Source: Octopus sinensis
Lineage: Eukaryota
DNA length: 64,000 bases
NCBI RefSeq assembly: GCF_006345805.1
Contig: NC_042999.1
Coordinates: 89,962,001 to 90,026,000 of the forward strand
Direction of reading: 5' to 3'
Under the pieces are notes generated by a model. That model had not been told where the DNA came from. It worked only from the letters and a program-made list of their open reading frames with translations, and made no database searches. Position numbers and translations under genes: made by a program. This document shows, in pieces, positions 13,626-26,424 of the stretch. Every line of letters starts with the position of its first letter. The stretch's first letter is position 1.

Positions 13626-13910
13626 TATATATGTGTATGCATATATGGGTACAAGACGTCACCAACAACAAACAGCATGAAATACGAAAACAAATAAGTT
13701 ACATAAGTAGTTCTCGGGGAGATCAGCATGACACGCACATACACGCTCTCACATACACACGCACGCGCACCTTCGTTTGTGGATTACCACTACTTCATTA
13801 TCTCCTCTTCTTCCTAGCCCTCCTGTGTGACCCCTCTGCCAGGCATTCGCCATGATAGATCGCTAACCACTAAACCTTTTTTTTTTCTTTCCCTGTTTAT
13901 TTCTGTGTTC

Positions 13911-13946
13911 CTTTCTGTCGAAGAAAGTAGGCTCGAAACGTAAAAG
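13911..13946 (+). ncRNA. Ultra-minimal HHR-like motif (variant core)
   Basis: cttt-CTGTCGA-agaaagtaggctc-GAAA-cg-TA-aaag; stem II is weak in this copy. Confidence 0.35.
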
Positions 13947-14035
13947 ACTTACTCACTTCCCGAGCGTTAAACTAACGCATGTTTGTTGTTTACACACCCG
14001 TCTTCGTCTTCTGTGGGGTTTTTTAGTAAATTTTC

Positions 14036-14102
<67 letters not shown>

Positions 14103-15039
14103 ATATATGGGTACAGGACGTCACCAACAGCAAACAACATGAAATACGAAAACAAATAAGTTAAATACGCCAACAACGAGAGGAAAAATGGAAAACAGGA
14201 CAAGTAACACAAAGGGCGACCCTTCGTCAGTTGTCGGCTGTCTATCTACTCCTCATTTCGAGCATTGAACGACAATATGAGTCTTCGAAGACAGTTGCTC
14301 CCATAAATACCTGCTAGCTGCTAGAGACTGACATCAAATCTTGACTGGAGAGGGTTACTGCTGGAAGACCATTTGTGTGGCAGCAAAGATATAAATAATT
14401 GACCTTTCAAGTAGAAAAACCAATAACGAGACTATTTCTAATATCCACAACAGTCTACTCCCGTGACTTTAATAAATTTTACAGTGTTATCATTACACAC
14501 AGCAGCCTTCTTAATTGTCTGTGGGTTGAACTATTGAGAAATGAAGTAGCCACGGACACAATGTAACACCGGTGAACAACTGAGACCGGTTGCCCAGTAA
14601 CATATCAACATCATCGACATTCATGCGTCAAAAGAAACAGAATAATATCACATTAGAAGTCAGTCACTACTTAATGTTGGTTTCAAATTTTGGCACATGG
14701 TCAGCAAATTTGGGGCGGCGGGTAAGTCGACTACATCAACTCCAGTACTTGGCTAGTACTTATTTTATCGGCCCCGAAAGGGTAAAAGACAAAGTCGACC
14801 TCGGCGGAATTTTATTTCCCAACATTACCTCGTGTCCGCTAAAGCCGTGTGGGTGAAATTTGGTAATATGAAATTCTGTGAAAAACCCACCGGAGAGATC
14901 GTTCTTTTTGGTGGTAGACTTAATCAAATATCAGATTTAACATCACTGCCTGAATGTCTTTAGCTAGAATTCACTTTGGTGCAAACGTTCGAGTTACGTA
15001 TCGTGTCTAAGAATAATTTCCTTCATTCTTCCCACCAAT

Positions 15040-15330
15040 CTGGAACCACATGTGTCTATGGCTACCCGAACAAAGTTACATGAACTTGGCTGGGATCTCT
15101 TAATCCATCCACCATATTCTTCTGATACTGCACCATCCGACTGTCACTTGTTTTTGTCTCTACAGAACTCATTGCAAGGGAAAACATTTAACGATTTAGA
15201 TGGAATCAAAATGCATCTAGATAACTTTTTTTTCTTCAAAACCAGTCAAATTTTGTGCTGATGGAATATTTAAATTGCCTGATATATGGGCAAAGGTCAT
15301 TAATAATAATGGAAATTATTTCCTTGAATA
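15040..15330 (+). pseudogene. Mariner transposase C-terminal fragment
   Basis: KLHELGWDLLIHPPYSSDTAPSDCHLFLSLQNSL (YSPDLAPSD-type motif). Confidence 0.85.
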
Positions 15331-15368
15331 AAATTTATTTATTGAAAGGTCAATTATTTATATCTTTG

Positions 15369-15700
15369 CTACCACACATATGGCCTTCCAGCAGTAGCTC
15401 TTTCCTGCCAATATTTGATATCAGTCTCTAGCAGCTTCACACAGCCGTGTGAATTGAGTCTAAGGTTCTGTTCAAAGATGTAGGGAATTCTGTTGTAGCT
15501 ACCCATGTCAGCTACAGTGTTCACCGAACATTGATCAGGAGTCATGATGTCGGCAGTTTGATATCCGGCGCATATCATCATAATACAAGTAACTCTTTAT
15601 CCATATACAGACAATTTCCAGTCCTCCGTGTCAGTTAACTTTTTCTCAACTACAACATTAATACTTTTGCTCTCCAGCGCCGTTAACTAATCGCCAACAC
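15369..15700 (-). pseudogene. Tc1/mariner (DD37D-like) transposase remnant, internally deleted
   Basis: LRLNS..VKLLET...W.ERA.AGRPYVW resembles the segment before the second catalytic D. Confidence 0.45.
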
Positions 15701-15758
15701 ATCAAGCTGTTCCTGAAAAAAGGAGACATAAAACCTCTTCAAATTTAGCCCTAACACC

Positions 15759-15826
<68 letters not shown>

Positions 15827-15859
15827 ACAAACCGAAATATGTATTCCGCACTGACAGGA

Positions 15860-18075
15860 GAGAAGTCATGATGAGAGGGTAGATTGCTGAGAATAAAATA
15901 TCTAGGGTAGATTATTGATGAAAATGGACGCAGACCAGACCCGTCTAGGGTGAATGCAATAAAAAATATGCCTTCCCCGATAAACATTAAAACGTTACAA
16001 GCATTTTTAGGGCTCGCAAATTACTACCAGGTATACATACTGAATATGCACGATTTAAGAGCACTCCTGAATAATTTGTTAATAAAAGATGTTAAGTTGA
16101 ACTGGTCGGACAAATACCAAAAAGCTTTTGAAGAAATTAAAGACGTTTTAATGTCGGAATTGTTATCACATTTTGACCCAAATTTAGAAATAATAGTGGT
16201 AGCAGATGTTAGTGAAAGTGGTATTGGACCTGTGATTTTACCCAAATATGAAGGTGGTAGCCTGAAAGCAGTAGCTCATACTTTGCGTTCATTATTGCCG
16301 GTTGAGAAAAGTTACAGTCAAATAGAAAAAGGGGCATTAGCCATCATATTTGCAGGAAAAATTTTCATAAATTTAGACATGGAAGATGGTTCCGTCTGCA
16401 GACAAACCACCTCCCATTATTGTCGATCTATGCATCAAAAAAGTGTATCCCTACACATACAGCCAAAAGATTGCAGCGCTGGGGAACGATCCTACTAAAT
16501 TACGACTTCAAAATGAAGTATTTGCCATGGCAAAAAATTGGGACATGCAGATGGTTTGTCAAGGTTAATGCCAAAATACAGCGAACCACTAGAAGACACA
16601 GTGATAGCGGCGTTAAAAGCCGAAAATGAAATTTAAAATATATTGTGCAATGTTGTACGTGAATTTCCTGTGACATTGGAGGAAATAAAAAGTAAGACAG
16701 AGACGGACGAGTTTATCATAAAATGAAAAAAATAGTGAGGTCAGAAAAAACAGCAAAAATACGTGTGGCTGGACGTAACACAATTTCGAATTTGAGGAAT
16801 ATGAGGAGTTATGTTTACTGGCCAAAAATAGGTCTAAATATTGAGAGGTTGGTAAAATCCTGCAGAGGTTGCGCTCTGACAGCGAAAGCACCACTTATAA
16901 AATTTCAACCTTGGACCATGGAATATCCGCCCAAGACCGATATTCCATGGTCCGGACTACACATAGACTTTGCAGGACCGTTAAACCGGTCATGCTATCT
17001 AATAGTGGTAGATAGCTTTACAAAATGGCCAGAAATTTAAATGTACAAACCGACATCCACGGTAACAGTGGAATTTCTACACGAACTTTTTGCTAAGTAT
17101 GGCGTCTCGGATACCATAGTCTTCAATAACGGTACGCAATTTTTGCAAGATGTACTCAATTGAACATATCACTACTCCATCGTATCACCCAAGATCAAAC
17201 GGGCAAGCGGAAAGGTTCGTGGATACATTTAAAAGAGCATTAAGGAAATCAAGAAACGAGCTAGTCGATGACGCAGTATTGACACAATTTTTTAGGGTTT
17301 ATAGGATAACACAAAACCCAAACGCTTTTTCGTGCAAGTCGCCAACAGAACTAATGTTTGCTCGAAAAATAAAGTCAGTTTTTGACAAGCTGTTACCAGT
17401 AAGAAAAACAAATAAGAAAACACTAAATATACGACAAAGCACTTTAATATCGGTGACAAGGTGGTTTTCAAAATACATAAAAATGGAAAACAAGGTTGGG
17501 AAGACGAAGTAGTAATAAAAAGAATAGCCAAAATGACATATATGATAAGAAGTGAAAAATGGGAACACAAAAGACATTTAAACTAGCTAAAAAATAGATA
17601 TACGGAAAAGGGAAAAGAGATACCCATGGAAGTGTTCTATGACACCTTTGATGTTCCAGCGCGAAAGAAATCGAACCTAGGCGTAGCAGCACAAGAAAGA
17701 GGAAACAAACAGAACGGTTGGAAGTAGTGCCTAAACGGAGGAAATATCAAACTTTCCTATGAGGAAAATCTCAAAAAGAGGGATGTGATTGAAGAAAAAT
17801 AAATAAATAAATAAAAAATAATAATATTAACTTCCAACAGAAGTCAATCTTAGTGGGGGAGATGTTGTGGCGAGAGCCATTGACATCCTTGGGGGATTGA
17901 AAGAATAGACTAGCCGAACTCTTATAAAGAGTAGCGTATTGGATGAGATAAGAGGTCGGTAGGAGTCATTGAGAAGGCGCTTTTGAGTCTCACGAAGTAC
18001 ATCGTATGAACACATTGATTTTACTTCTGCATCGTTAAATTATATATCTAACATTTGTCAAAGATATAAAACTAT
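15860..18075 (+). mobile_element. Decayed Ty3/Gypsy pol (RT end, RNase H, integrase) plus probable 3' LTR
   Basis: LQAFLGLANYY, VVADVSESGIG, YSQIEKGALAI, RLQRW, LHIDFAGP, YHPRSNGQAERFV; PPT 'agtgggggaga' then TGT at ~17862. Confidence 0.85.
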
Positions 18076-18410
18076 GCAATATTTACAGTCAATTGAAACA
18101 CGATACAGAACGGGAGGTTCTTGCAACCTATCTCACCAACGAGAGTTGCGGATGCACCATCTTAGAATATCATGTCTCTAGTGTATGACTTAATCAAGAA
18201 ACTTAATCTAGAACTGATTGGAATTCACTGAGAGAGATCAATCCTCTTGGCTATATTACCCAATATATTACTGGCATCAGATATATCAAGGAATACAACA
18301 ATGTACCAGCTGATATACTTCATACTTCTGCCTCTATTGATTTCGACGAGATAACAGCTAACCAGGAAAATTATGAGCTTTCCGGCCTACGTAATTAGTC
18401 GTCTGTTTTA

Positions 18411-18551
18411 TAAGGTTGTCCCAAAAGTTCGTAGAAAGTCTTGAAAAATAATGATCTTTATTTTGAGGAATAATTTTTGTTGCTTTTGTTAGTACTTGGC
18501 GGGTAAAAATTCAATTTTCGCAAGTGTTTACGAACTTTTGGGACAACCTAA
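18411..18551. mobile_element. Mariner-type MITE
   Basis: TIRs aggttgtcccaaaagttcgta / tacgaacttttgggacaacct with TA-rich flanks. Confidence 0.7.
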
Positions 18552-18689
18552 TATTATTTCAGATTGACATATTTGCTCTGATATTACTACTGATATTTAA
18601 CGCACTTTTTTTATATAAAAATATCGTTGTGTAACCTTTATTGTGACACCAGATCTACACAGTTGACATTGGCACGCTTTATTTGGACT

Positions 18690-19310
18690 GATACCAGAGA
18701 GTGAGCCAAGATCTGTAATGCAGAAGTAAGCCTAAAACATGAAACAAAATCGCTTATTTTAGCCGCTCGGGAACAAGCTAATAGAACAGAATTAACGACG
18801 GAAAAGATTGATAAAAGTAAGTCAGAGAGCAAACGCTAAACCTGTGGGAAAAAGGAGACGAAATATAAAAACATTAACCATAATTTAAGTGAATGAACTA
18901 AGCTAGCGCAAAAAGGGTATAAACATAGGCAATGAATTCATGGTAACAGAAAAGCAGGAAGCACACGAACCAGAGGTTTATGATAGTGAGTGAATACTAT
19001 AGAATTTTACAGGATTTTTCCTTAATGATTGACCATACAGTAGAAGTAAGGAGACCAGATTAATATCGTAATAGGCAAAGGAAGTTAACAGTGTAAGATT
19101 ATAGACTTTGCTATACTATATAATAATAGAGTAGATACCAAACAAATTGAAAAAACTGAGATGTATCAAGACCTAGCCAGAGATATGAAAAGATTGTACA
19201 AGGTGACATTTGCTCCTGTATTAATTAGTGCACTTGAAACAACACCCAAATTACTAAGAGGTTGAAGGACATTGATGATCTACAGAAAAGTGTCACCTCA
19301 GATTACTAAA
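18690..19310 (+). pseudogene. Decayed R4/Dong-type non-LTR retrotransposon C-terminus
   Basis: LKHETKSLILAAREQA..KIDKS..TCG..ET..KLAQK..RPD..IIDFA..ISALETTPK across shifted frames. Confidence 0.55.
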
Positions 19311-20439
19311 ACAATTATATAAACTGGATTGCAACAAACAACAGGGCTACACCTGGTTTTAAATGATCAAGCTGAAATAGTACACGAAAGATCCAATGAC
19401 TGCAGCTCAGAATCAGTGTCTCATAACAAAAAAAAATGATCAGAAATTCATTTTTGAAGCGCAATATCTAGATGAAGAACTTAAAGGTTTGATGCGATTA
19501 TCGTCCTCTATAATATTGTCGCCCTAACACTGACCGTGTCAGAATATATCTCAAGACATCACAATGCTGCTACCTACACTCGTTGGAAAAGTTAAAACGA
19601 TATAACGGCTGCTGCAAAAAAAATGCACAAGTATGTCCCAGACTGTGGAAATGGTATGATGTTTGGTAGTATAAAAATAAATAATGACAGTGAATTTAGA
19701 ATGAAAGGATTGGACGTTATTATAAAAGACAAGAGCTACATCACTTGTACACTAAGTGATGTAGTTTGTCTAAATGACAAGAAGCTGCTAAAGGACTTTG
19801 AAAAAATCCTTCAGACATAAAAACATAAAGTGGAAATAGCGCGAATGGACACAAGAACAGGTGCAGTAAAATAGAGTACGTGTGCCTTTCACAGGATAAA
19901 AATAGTGTAATTGTGATACTGATATTAATAATGATTTCTTTGTTAACCACAAGAACAGCACAAATACATACTAATAACAGGAGTTGCTTTTATCCACTTC
20001 ACACCAGTGTTTTAAATGCTATCCGTGTTATTGACATTTAGTTTTTTTTATAAACAGGCAACATTAATAACCTTGCATTGTTGTGAAATTTTCAAGTTTG
20101 CCCAATTTTAAAATTAATTATAAACCTGAAGCAAATAACTTTTCAAATTAATGTTGACATTTTAGCTCATTTCAGAAGATATTTCTAAATTACATTAGCG
20201 TTCTTGTCACGTTTAAATTTACTCGGGTATTTAAAAAAAAGTTTCTACTCATTCTCATATGTTATATTTCTCCTCTAACTTCTTCTGACAAGATATTCGG
20301 AAAGTTGAGACGATTGACATTTCTTATTTGCAATATCTCTTTCATATACTGGCATTAAAAAAAAAACTCTCTCTTTTGACGATCCCCTAACTACACTTTG
20401 AATGGGCTTGGAAGGTAGTTAACGGACATTATTACCAAG

Positions 20440-21620
20440 AATATGCCGCAATCTATTTTATTGTAAAAATTCTGTTCCATCCTCATATTCTGCTGTACTG
20501 TAAAGAATCCGTCACACTCTGACTCGAAACAGTTCATAACACTTTAACAAATAAATTGTCTGTGACATTCTACTGTACTGAAACAGGTCTATCACATTCA
20601 ATACACTAACTCCATGTTTTATTGTACGGTATCTGTTGCACTGAAATGTGCAGCCCATCAAACACTGCTGTTAAAAGTGTCAGTTAAAATGCAACTGTTA
20701 TAATATCTGTTGCTCATTACTGTAAAAACCGTCACATTCCATTCGACGCAGTTCGTCATTCTGCATTGTAAATAACCCGATCATGAAGTGTCTATATCGG
20801 CTGTTACACTTGGAATCCGTCACACTAAACTGTACAGTGCTTGTTACACTGTACAGTAAAGTGTTCGTTACACTCAACTACACGGTTGCGTCACACAGTA
20901 TAACCTGTCGCACTGGCCATGTCAATATATTTCATAGCATGAAAATGCTGCTACAGGATCCAAATACTGTTCAGTTACACTGTCTTATACATGTATGTCA
21001 CACTATAATACATTGCGTACTGTACTGCATAATTTGTCACACATTTAACACACTATATTGTGCAAGATCTTATATATCAACTGTACTCTTATGTGTATAA
21101 ACAGCAACTTTCTAAATCATATAATCCCTTCATTGAGCAAATTCCAAACAGTTTACACGATGCCTGTCAGACATTATCATAAAATAGCTGCTTTATTCTT
21201 TTGAACGGGGTTTGTCACAATGTATCTTACAATACAGGATCTCCTCTAATCTTCGATTACAGTCATAGTCCATTACTCAAAATCTGTCACCTCTGTTGGA
21301 TAGGGTTCGCTATAAACCACTGTACTAAGAATTGTCTACGAACTGATGTTGGTTCAACAAACTCTGTACAGTAGAATTTGATTGTCCATCGAAGTATGTG
21401 ATAGATTCTGAGCAATGAAGTACGACGGACGCCGTACAGGAGCGTGTGGCCAATATTGTACTGTAGACTATGAGACACGCTTCATCACTTCGTTCTGTCA
21501 GAATACTGTGCAGCCTCAATACACGTTACAGTACGGGACTATTCATCAAATCGTCTGTCACATACTACAGTAGGGAATATACTTTACAGTACAGAATCTG
21601 AGACCGATATAATTAGGACT
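20440..21620. repeat. Degenerate minisatellite (ctgtcacactgtactgtac-like units)
   Basis: Recurring 'gtcacact', 'tgtactgta', 'cagtacag' words. Confidence 0.45.
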
Positions 21621-22099
21621 AGGCTTACAGAGAATAAGTCCTGGGGTCGATTTGTTCGACTAAAGGCGGTGCTCCAGCATGGCCGCGGGCAAATGACTGA
21701 AACAAATAAAAGAATAAAATAATAAAATATATTCAGCCTTCCTTAAATATATTATTAAATGTTCGCGAGTTTTGTTCTTGATTATAACACATGCACCCAG
21801 CCTAATCCATATTACGCCTACATTAACGTACCACGCGACAATGAATACAAGAACCACAAGACAACTCTTTCTCGCGTTGCCCTATTTCTTATCTTCTACA
21901 AAAAGGTGTTTTTACTATATACCAACCCCTACTGATATAAGATATTGATTCTTTTGCTGAGACATAAGATTAAACATTTATTGAGAGGGATTACAGTGAT
22001 TATATATATTTACATGTTTCACTCACTGAACTTGCAGCCATGCTGGGGCCACCGTATTGAAGTGTTTAGTCGGAAAAATCGACCACAGAACTTATATAT

Positions 22100-22308
22100 A
22101 ATGTGACCGCGTGTGTACCGTTGGCGATTTTTTTCCCTCTGTCTTCCCTTCTCTGGATCTTTCCTTATCCTGTTTCCGACGAAGAGCTCCGCTCGAAACG
22201 TTAAGCCCTCCTTCTTTCCTTCTTTCCTGAGCGTCCAATAATACTATATTTGTTCCACGTCCTCGCGTTGTTGTGTGTTTTTTTGTGCTTTCTTGTTTGG
22301 ATTAACTT
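22100..22308 (+). mobile_element. ~200-bp non-autonomous element in a (TA)n context, with HHR-like motif
   Basis: Near-identical copy at 45012-45210. Contains gttt-CCGACGA-agagctccgctc-GAAA-cg-TT-aa(g/a)c. Confidence 0.7.
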
Positions 22309-22434
22309 TATATATATATATATATGTATATGTATGTATATATATATATGTATGTATGTGTGTATGTGTATATGTAGGTGTATGTGTGTATGTATATGTT
22401 TATATATATATGTGTGTATATATGTATGTATATG

Positions 22435-22471
<37 letters not shown>

Positions 22472-22642
22472 AAGTTTATTATATGTATGTATCCGTCTAT
22501 ATAATAGGTAACTGCACGTACATATACTTAATATTTATTTTTTGAGTATGCATGTATGAATAACTGCGCGTATATATATTTACTATTTACTTATTTTTTG
22601 AGTATGCATGTTAGTATGAATATGTATATGTATATATATGTA

Positions 22643-22691
<49 letters not shown>

Positions 22692-22835
22692 GTACATGTA
22701 TGTATTTGTATGTAGGTGTACATGTATGTGTGTGTATTTATATTTATTGGTGTATATGTATAGACTAGCCTTCTAAGAGTGTAGACATGAATCTGTAGGT
22801 ACGCGTATATATATATATATATATGTATATATATG

Positions 22836-22877
<42 letters not shown>

Positions 22878-23807
22878 TGTACATGTATGTATTTGTATGT
22901 AGGTGTACATGTATGTGTGTGTATTTATATTTATTGGTGTATATGTATAGACTAGCCTTCTAAGAGTGTAGACATGAATCTGTAGGTACGCGTACGTATG
23001 TGTATATACGTGAATGTATGTAGATGTATGTATGTATGAATATAACGCGTGCGTGCGTGTATGCGTATGAGTGTACGAATGAGTGAGTGTACGTGCTAAA
23101 GAGTGTGCGTGAGTGAATGAGTAATTGTTTTCCAGTAGACGGATAAATGGTCTGGCTGTCATAGCCAAGATGTTTGTGACCAAGCGGCCAAAGATAACAA
23201 AAGTAATAAACGAAGATAATAAAATTAAAATTAGGGAATGGGTCTGTATTTGTATATGTATATATATATGTGTGTATGTGTAGGTATGCATGGGTACACA
23301 TATGTATATATATGTGTATATATATATATATATATGTGTATGTATATATATATATGTATATGTATGTGTATGTATGTATATATATGTGTATGTATGTGTA
23401 TGTGTGGGTGTATATATATGTGTGTATGTGTATATATGTGTATATAGGGACTAGTGTGCTGTGTGTGCATGTGTGTGTATGGATTTGTGTGTGTATGCGT
23501 GTATGTGAGTATGTGTGTGTATGTGTATATATATATTTTTCTGTGTGTATATGTATGTGTGGTCGTGTGTGTATATATACATGTGTGTATACGTGTATGC
23601 AAGTGAGTGTGTGTATGTATACATATATATGTGTATGTGTAGATATGTATATGTATGTGTGAGTGTATATATGTGTGTATGTGTAGAGGTATAAGTGAGA
23701 ATCTCCTTATTTACCTAAAACTCTATTCCCCCCTTTTTATATATATATATATATTATATATATATATATATATTTTATTTTATTTTTTTTTATATTTTTT
23801 TATTTTT

Positions 23808-23830
<23 letters not shown>
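22308..23830. repeat. Compound TA/TG/TATG low-complexity tract with a ~187-bp tandem duplication
   Basis: 22690-22805 is repeated at 22877-22992. Confidence 0.85.
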
Positions 23831-23849
<19 letters not shown>

Positions 23850-23997
23850 TTATTCTCCTATCTAATTTAACACTGACCCCTTGACCACTCCCCCAAGTAT
23901 GATTTTTTGCGCTATGCCTACCCCCAAAAAAGTCCCCCACCACCACACCCTTTAAACCTGCCTAAATGTATAAATGCCAATACAATTCTTGTTAACT

Positions 23998-24048
23998 AGC
24001 TTCCTGAAGATTTCTCTTGAATGAAACAGTTCTAGTCCTGTAGAAGCT
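23998..24048 (+). ncRNA. Type I hammerhead ribozyme
   Basis: agcttc-CTGAAGA-tttc tctt gaat-GAAA-cag ttctagtc ctg-TA-gaagct; 6-bp stem I and 3-bp stem III. Confidence 0.65.
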
Positions 24049-24130
24049 CCTTCTATATAATAAATTAATTTTACTCTGCTATGTATTGAGTACCTTATTT
24101 ACTGTGGTTAACCCCGAATCAACCGGGACC

Positions 24131-24177
<47 letters not shown>

Positions 24178-25170
24178 CCAAGAAAAAAGCAACAAGAATG
24201 GATCGGTAGATTAGTACAATTGTTTCATACTTCATACTATAAACATTTTATTTCAAGCTGCAAATATTACAGCAAATATAATGTCAAGTATTCATCAGCT
24301 AAATCACATATAGGTTTTCCAAGTATCTTGTAGAGTGTAAATATCCTTATGAAGTTATAGGAGTGAGTTCCATGAATCTGAAGTAAGATTCCAAGCATAC
24401 TATATATGTTTTCCAACAATACAAAGTTTAAAAATTGATTATTAACATCCCAGAGAAGATAAATCTACTCATAAAAATGTGGGTATAAGTTCCAAGAGGC
24501 ATGAGGAAAGATGTTGGTCATACCACGGTTAAGTCCGCATCTAACTGTTGCAGACAAAATTCTATAGTAGCAAGAAATACAGCGAGGTAGGTTTAGCTAA
24601 AGCAAAAGACATCAGAAGAAAAAAAATGGGGATGTAAGAAGGAATAAAGATACCACAGACAAAGGTCAGTCTATATCTGTGGTGACAGAAAATCTAGGTC
24701 AGTGTAGAAGGAATCTTAAATTCATAAAAGAACTGTAAGTTTGACCACCACTAGCTTTGAACTGAGAAACTCATAGAATTAATGGTGGGATTGAGAATAC
24801 AGGAAGAACAAAGGAAAGCACTAAAGGGGTCATAGGTCATCGATAGAGGGAGATATAGTAAGAAATTTAAGGTTAACACTAGAATAGAAGGTATTTTATT
24901 TATTATTGCTTCTATTTTAACTTATGTTTATATATGGTAAGAAGGAATTTAGGTCAACATCCAGAGGTCAAATCAATTCAATAGCAAATGATAGGGGAAT
25001 CTTACTTATTCAAAAATCATAGTGAAAATCACATGTATCATTAAGGGAAAAATATTGAGATTCTAAAGCATAGAAAAAATAAAAAATCTACTAAATAACC
25101 GTATAGAGTTGTGTCAGTCTTGCATTCACTCAAAAATCAAAACTCTGAAATATTTCAAATAGAAATTTGC
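24178..25170 (-). mobile_element. PLE-like terminal repeat, diverged relative of 4085-4830
   Basis: Shares 'aagcaacaagaatggat..ttagtacaat.gtttcatac' and 'attctaaagcatagaaaa..aataacc' with the 4.1-kb element. Confidence 0.65.
24211..24302 (-). ncRNA. Type I hammerhead ribozyme, long stem II
   Basis: Reverse complement: ttag-CTGATGA-atactt...aagtat-GAAA-C aatt G-TA-ctaa; palindromic stem III. Confidence 0.75.
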
Positions 25171-25547
25171 AAGTTCTCCTACTGTTGTTCTTTCTAACTT
25201 GCATCTTTTAACATAAATAAATAGTATTTATCGGCGTGTGACAATCATAGTTGTCGATGAGAAGTCGTTTCCCTTCACAAATACATATACTTTTTCCAGT
25301 ATCGATTGACACTGATATTGAAAAAGTGAAATCAAACAATGATAAATCTCAGAGCGAGTTATAAACAGTAGCAGAAACACATCGTGACATATATTTGCCA
25401 TTTGAATGTGGCTAACCCCTAAGGGTGGATGCTACTGTAGTTTGTAGCCCCAGGAGGACACCTCCTCCAGCTGGCTATAGACACACTTTCTGTGCCCTAT
25501 CAGTATTTGCGAAGGGAAGCAATCCTTCCCGTCTTCAACTTATGATA

Positions 25548-25592
25548 CACACGGACTCGAGTTTCAGGGTATTGACCCGTCATCGGCGTGTG
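25548..25592 (-). ncRNA. Minimal type I hammerhead (U4C variant)
   Basis: Reverse complement: cacacg-CCGATGA-cgggt caat accct-GAAA-C tcga G-TC-cgtgtg. Confidence 0.8.
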
Positions 25593-25835
25593 ACAATCAT
25601 AGTTGTCGATGAGAAGTCGTTTCCCTTCACAAATACATATACTTTTTCCAGTATCGATTGACACTGATATTGAAAAGTTAAATATATGTCACGATGTGTT
25701 GCTGCTACTGTTTATAACTCGCTCTGAGATTTATCATTGTTTGATTTCACTTTTTCAATATCAGTGTCAATCGATACTGGAAAAAGTATATGTATTTGTG
25801 AAGGGAAACGACTTCTCATCGACCACTATGATTGT

Positions 25836-25880
25836 CACACGCCGATGACGGGTCAATACTCTGAAACTCGAGTCCGTGTG
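25836..25880 (+). ncRNA. Minimal type I hammerhead (U4C variant)
   Basis: cacacg-CCGATGA-cgggt caat actct-GAAA-C tcga G-TC-cgtgtg. Confidence 0.8.
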
Positions 25881-26187
25881 TATCATAAGTTGAAGACGGG
25901 AAGGATGGCTTCCCTTCGCAAATACTGATAGGGCACAGAAAGTGTGTCTATAGCCAGCTGGAGGAGGTGTCCTCCTGGGGCTACAAACTACAGTAGCATC
26001 CACCCTTAGGGGTTAGCCACATTCAAATGGCAAATATACGTCACGATGTGTTGCTGCTACTGTTTATAACTCGCTCTGAGATTTATCACTGTTTGATTTC
26101 ACTTTTTCAATATCAGTGTCAATCGATACTGGAAAAAGTATATGTATTTGTGAAGGGAAACGACTTCTCATCGACCATTATGATTGT

Positions 26188-26232
26188 CACACGCCGATGA
26201 CGGGTCAATACTCTGAAACTCGAGTCCGTGTG
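26188..26232 (+). ncRNA. Minimal type I hammerhead (U4C variant)
   Basis: Identical to 25836-25880, 352 bp downstream. Confidence 0.8.
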
Positions 26233-26424
26233 TATCATAAGTTGAAGACGGGAAGGATGGCTTCCCTTCGCAAATACTGATAGGGCACAGAAAGTGTGTC
26301 TATAGCCAGCTGGAGGAGGTGTCCTCCTGGGGCTACAAACTACAGTACCATCCACCCTTAGGGGTTAGCCATATTCAAATGGCAAATATACGTCACGATA
26401 TATATATATATATATATATATATT

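Larger units (their letters stand above)
25230..26398. repeat. 352-bp unit in tandem plus inverted array, one HHR per unit
   Basis: Near-identical 78-aa ORFs at 25425 (+), 26003 (-) and 26355 (-); period 352 bp; orientation switch at ~25680. Confidence 0.9.

Noticed and set aside
14200-14240. Minus-strand CTGACGA-aggg tcg ccct
   Set aside because: No GAAA follows stem II, so it is not a complete hammerhead.
22250-23870. Many 70-170 aa ORFs rich in Y/I/C/V/H/T (also at 1-204, 1454-1752, 6509-6814, 40444-41430, 45480-46262)
   Set aside because: Translations of microsatellites, not genes.
25425-26355. Repeated 78-aa ORF (and the 60-aa ORF at 4117/6196; 67-aa LTR ORF)
   Set aside because: Their identity only reflects DNA repeats; no recognisable protein motifs.
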